Shown here piece after piece: positions 59,247 through 64,000 of a DNA stretch of 64,000 bases. The translations under genes were made by a program, and so were the position numbers. A model generated the notes under the pieces. That model had not been told where the DNA came from, made no database searches, and saw only the letters and a list, made by a program, of their open reading frames with translations. The first letter of the stretch is position 1. Each line of letters begins with the position of its first letter. Origin of the DNA: Haliotis rubra. Taxonomy: Eukaryota. Where the stretch lies: positions 682,001 to 746,000 of the forward strand of contig NW_025765547.1 in assembly GCF_003918875.1 (NCBI RefSeq). Reading direction: 5' to 3'.

Positions 59247-59732
59247 TTGTTACGACGTAAATTGTAATAAAAACGCAAATTGTAATACTTGCAGCAAATT
59301 GTAATAAACTGGGCGTAAATTGTAATAAAAACATAAATTGTAATAAAAATTGACGTAAATTGTAATACGCAAATTGCAATAATAATTGACGTAAATTGTA
59401 ATAATTTTCGTTGCGGTAAAATATAATAAATATTTACGTAAATTGTAATAACAGTTTTAATCACTCGTAAATACGCGTATTACGACGTAAATTGTAGTAA
59501 AAACGTAAATTGTAATACTTGCAGCAAATTGTAATAACCCTTGACGTAATTGTAATAAAAACGTAAATTGTAATAAAAGTTGACGTAAATTATAATACGC
59601 AAATTGTAATAAAAATTGACGTAAATTGTAATAATTTTAGTTGCGGTAAAATGTAATAAATATTTACGTAAATTGTAATGACAGTTTCAATCGTTCGTAA
59701 ATACGCGTGTGTTCGTTTTTCATTGCATTTCA
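59247..59732. repeat. Dispersed element with internal ACGTAAATTGTAATAA repeats, internally duplicated
   Basis: Homolog of 42843-43081 in the opposite orientation, with two blocks of about 235 bp. Confidence 0.8.
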
Positions 59733-59779
59733 AACATCATATAAGCTTGTGAGGGCGATAACTCAAGAAAAAGAAATGA

Positions 59780-60400
59780 TGGATTTTGTTCAAATTTGGT
59801 ACCAAGGTTGTCGTGGCGAGATTCACAGACAGGGACGCATTCCAAACCGATTTGCGTAATGCAGTTGTCATCGATTCCTCTAACGTCAACATTTTGAGTG
59901 AACATTTCATAACTGGCCTTAAATCGGTTTTAGATAAACATGCACCATGCATAGAAAAAGAATGTAATTTTAAGACCAAGAAGTCCCTGGTACAATGAAG
60001 AAGTCAAAAAGTCCAAGTCAGAGCGACGCCAAACTGAAAGACGGTGGAGGAAGTCTGGTCTCGAAATCCACAGACAAATCTTCAAGCAAGCACGAAATAA
60101 AACAGCCTACCTGATGAAACAAGCCAAACGTAAATACTCAAAAAAAAGACAAGATTAAAGAACATAGAGGAAACAGCAGAAATCTGCATACTTTCTTGAA
60201 GTCTCTCCAGGGAACTCATAAAATCACCAGATTGCCAGATCATCAACATGAAGCTGATCTAGCCAACAAGTTCAACATATTCTTCCTTGAGAAAATCAGT
60301 TCTATTCGAGAAAAGTTAACGTAAAATGTTCTACGAGATTGTCAATGTTAGCTTACAGTCTGGCATATTTCCAGAGGTTTTCAAAGAAGCAGTTTGTTAG
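59780..60400 (+). mobile_element. L2/CR1 LINE ORF2 fragment
   Basis: LKSVLDKHAP, PWYNEEV..ERRWRKSGL, ANKFNIFFLEKI, SGIFPEVFKEA. Confidence 0.7.
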
Positions 60401-61199
60401 CGCGATAACTCTAATGTAGAAAAATTGATAGATTTTGATTGAAAGAGCAATCAGACTGATAACTCAAGAAAGAATTGATAGATTTTTGATTCAATTTTAT
60501 ACAACCAGTTGATTGGGGAACTTGTGCTCATTTTGAGTTTACAGCGAAAATTGTATTGTTTTGCACATTTCTAACTTTTTAGTGCGAAAACACAAGAAAG
60601 AAGTAATATATTCTGCTTAAAAGTATGTTAGGAAAATGTGCTGGGAGTATAGTCTAACGCCAGTCGAATTCAGTGATCTTCGGATAATGTTCAAGGTCAC
60701 AGCGAGTATGCTTGCGATATCCCCCAAACTAACGGATGGAATTTGTTCGCTTTTTGTATCAAGGCATCCGATTACAGTTTCGATAACGTTTAGATAATTT
60801 GCAGGGTCACGCAGAGGATTATTGCGATATACAGATATTGACATGTGGCGGAAGTAATAGCTGTGTTTGTGACAAAGACCTTTACATTACGGATTTTCAA
60901 AATTTTGTTAGCTATTGGTTTCCATAATTTCATGTTAATTCTACCAGCTGTGAAATTATTTGTGACACGTCTTAAAACTACCAGAGATTATTTGTGTTTG
61001 CTTTGAATATTAAAGTTAATTGTTTGCCATTATGGAGTTATTTTCACTGTTGACACAAGGAAATAGTTTACGAGCAACAGCCTTCAATATTTTAATGTTA
61101 ATTACATTTTGAAGTTCTTCATGGCATATCCAAAAATAACAGGATATTGTTTGTTTACGCTTTGAAAAGTACGTTTATTCTTGGTTTAAACATTTTTAT

Positions 61200-63960
61200 T
61201 CATGAAATTATGAATGGATTGGCCAACAAGCTCCGAGGAGCTTATTTGAAGGCCGCTCCAATAAACACATACATGTATAAGTAAATGCAGATTTAGAAAC
61301 AGATGACTCATTGTTACAAGTCTTACCAGCAATCAAGATAAGGATAATGCATGAATATCGATTCGTTTGTTTAGCAGTCAAAATCAAAGTATTTATGAAA
61401 CATAAAATCGATCAGATCTTATTATGTAATCATGAATAGATTTTGATAATTTGTGTAGATCATTGCTAGTGAGGGATGTACATCCCCATAGTACAGTGTT
61501 GATACTAAACCCCTTTAAATAGAAATATGATTTTTGTCTCAATTCCGTGTATTTATTGCATGTGAAGAAATAATGCACAGCATTTTCGACTGGATGACCA
61601 CATGAGCACGAGGGGCTGTCGATGATGTGTCTATCAAACCAAACAGCATTCAAATTGCTACAACGGAGCCTGAGACGAGAATGGATAATTTGGCATCTTC
61701 TTGGTCCATAGATTAGGTCAAAGATAATAGTTTTGTTATTTAGTCTTAATATCGAGTTTTTGAATCGTGATAAAGTATCAATATTTTGAATTTCAGAACT
61801 TAGGGAATTCCATAGTTTTATTGTATCAGGTAGAAATGATCTGGCACATGTCATCGTTCTACATTTAACTGATCGCACTGATAAATTAGTTTTCTTCTGA
61901 AGTGTATTGATTTTGTTTTGTTAGGATTGAATGAAACCTTCCATTCTTTGGCCCAATTTGACATTCTTAATAAGTTATTATTTAAAAAGTCTGCAGCAAT
62001 GTCAGGATCATCAATTATAACATATAGAGACGTGTCGTCTCTGCAAAAAGTCTAATATTACTAGCAATATCATCTACAATATCATAAATATATATTATGA
62101 ACATTAGGGGTCCTAAGACTGATCATTGAGGGACGCCTGCTAATTATTATTATTAGGATATTTATATAGCGCACATATCCACGCAACTAGTGCATGCTCA
62201 AGGCGCTGGGTTTTTTTCCCTCGATCACGGGGTGTCAATCTCAACGGCACATCGTATTATCAATCTCAACTCCTCCCTGGGGAGTATACAACTCTTGCCG
62301 CCACTAGGCGCACCGAGTTATTGTGGCTTTCTCATCCTAACGAGGTACCCATTCACAGCTGGGTTGACTGGGACACATAGTCACAGTACTTTCTCAAAGT
62401 TCACTGCACGTTGCTGTACCCGCAACTAGGTGTTTGCACGTATTCATGTGGCCAACATCTGTTCATATATCAACGGATTCGTGGGTTCTTTTAAGTGCAC
62501 AGGGTTGTGTACTGTACACTAGGGGTTGTGACAACATTGAAAGAGTCTGCACACAAAGTTGAAAAAAAAGGTTTCTACACCCGTGGACATGTTATCCCGG
62601 CACCTCCAAGCTCACTGGATCACTAGCCTGGCGCCTTAGCCAGCTCGCCCAGAGCGCCCCTCATACTGGTCAAGGATTTGATGTGTGTCCATTAATTACA
62701 ACTCGCTGGGTTCTACCATTCAAATAACCTTCAAACCACTTTAGTAGGTTACGTTGAATTCCATAAGATTTCAATTTATGCAGGATTCCTTTTTGCCAAA
62801 CTTAATCAAACGCTCTGCTAACATCGCAAAATACCGCTCTTACTTCTTTTCCATCGTCTAGTGCTTTAGCTTTGGAATCATATAGATAGGTTAGCTGATT
62901 AGTTGTCGAGTCGCCGGGAGTAAAAACCAGATTGGAGATTTGACAGAAGGTTATTATCTCTCAGAAAATTAAATTCAAATACTTTAGCAATACAACTTGT
63001 TAATGCTACCGCTCTATAATAAGAACAATCGTATATATTACCTGTTTTATGGACAGGAATTACGTACGCTTCTGTCCAGAAGGTGGGGAACTTAGACAGT
63101 TCTAATGACAAATTAAACAATTTAGTTAGGATCGGGGCTAGTGGGTTGGCACACGTTTTTAATACTTTGTTTCCGATTTTATCAGGACCTGTTGCTTTAG
63201 TAGTATCTACAGATAGCAATATATTCTTAACTCCCCCAATCTCCAATATTATATCTGTCAAAGTACTATCACAACGCTCATTAAGAGGAGGGGGGTCGTC
63301 ATCAGGGTCTATTACTTCAGATTAATTGGTGAAATGCCAATAATTCTTAACTAGTTTCCATCAACTTTTTGTTCCAGTTGATTCACCTATTGCGATATCA
63401 ATTTGCTTGTGTGCTGCTTGTTAGCTTTACGTACAGACGATATTACCTTATTTCTAACGGGTCTGAATTTTTGCCATTCTAGCGGACGGTTAGTTCTCCT
63501 AGCGATTTTGTGTTGCCTATTACGTTTTCTAATAAGTGAGCATATTTCATTATTCATCCATAACGGGTCTCTTGGCCTAATCGGCACGGTTTTGTTTGGT
63601 ATGTTCGCGTCGCAAACGTTGAGTAAATCGTCGGTTAGTTGGGATGCTATCAGATCGATTTTTTCAGTTTCCGTTAGCTTATTACCAGTAGCAGTTATGT
63701 CTTGTTTCGTGCGTTCCATATTCGCTGGAGAGTAATCATAGATTTTCCGCTTGTAGCACACTTCTTTCTGTATATCTGATTCGATGTTAACATAAACCGG
63801 ACAATGGTCACTGCATATCGGATCTAGCACTCCCGAATTCCGTACTTTATCCAAACATGTGACAAATATCAAATCAATCAATGTACGAGAATGAGAAGTG
63901 ATCCGCGTGGGTTCAGATATTAGTTGCTTGAGTCAATATGCAGCTCTTAAGTAATAATTT
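61200..63960 (-). mobile_element. CR1-clade LINE ORF2, degraded (APE plus RT plus C-terminus)
   Basis: IDLIF..SDHCPV, KATGPDKI..YRAVALTSCIAKVFE..QSGF, AGVPQ*SVLGP, and SFLPDTIKLWNSL..CSCG..HYFFTC. Confidence 0.9.
62143..62660 (-). mobile_element. SINE family 4 inserted into the LINE RT domain
   Basis: tRNA-like head at about 62600-62660, (AAT)n tail, splits the RT just before GVPQ. Homolog at 32468. Confidence 0.75.
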
Positions 63961-64000
63961 TTTTGTTTATTTTCGCTCAATATATCTAACTTAAAATCAC

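Overview
Repeat-rich eukaryotic (animal) genomic DNA. The SINE and MITE families suggest a gastropod mollusc, possibly abalone (inference only). Three spliced host genes could be rebuilt by hand: (1) a + strand gene combining a MAM domain, a Thr/Pro mucin-like repeat and a Leu/Gln-rich helical tail (12683-18760; 5' exon not found, frame breaks present); (2) a complete 4-exon CD225/dispanin (PRRT1/IFITM-like) gene on the - strand (19907-24147) that the ORF track misses; (3) a cathepsin L-like protease with 7 coding exons and divergent S2-pocket residues (44583-52224). There is also an orphan PPSY/CaaX-like terminal exon at 33212-33678. Mobile DNA includes a full-length but inactivated PIF/Harbinger transposon stacked with related MITEs, a 2.3-kb 53-bp satellite expanded from the interior of one such MITE family, several SINE families (one with a non-tRNA, pseudoknot-capable head), Tc1, hAT, CR1/L2, I-like and Penelope remnants, a 1.3-kb foldback, several intronic minisatellites and a 232-N gap. 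No CRISPR array, rRNA gene or genuine tRNA gene was found. Coordinates were counted by eye; ends of degenerate repeats are approximate.
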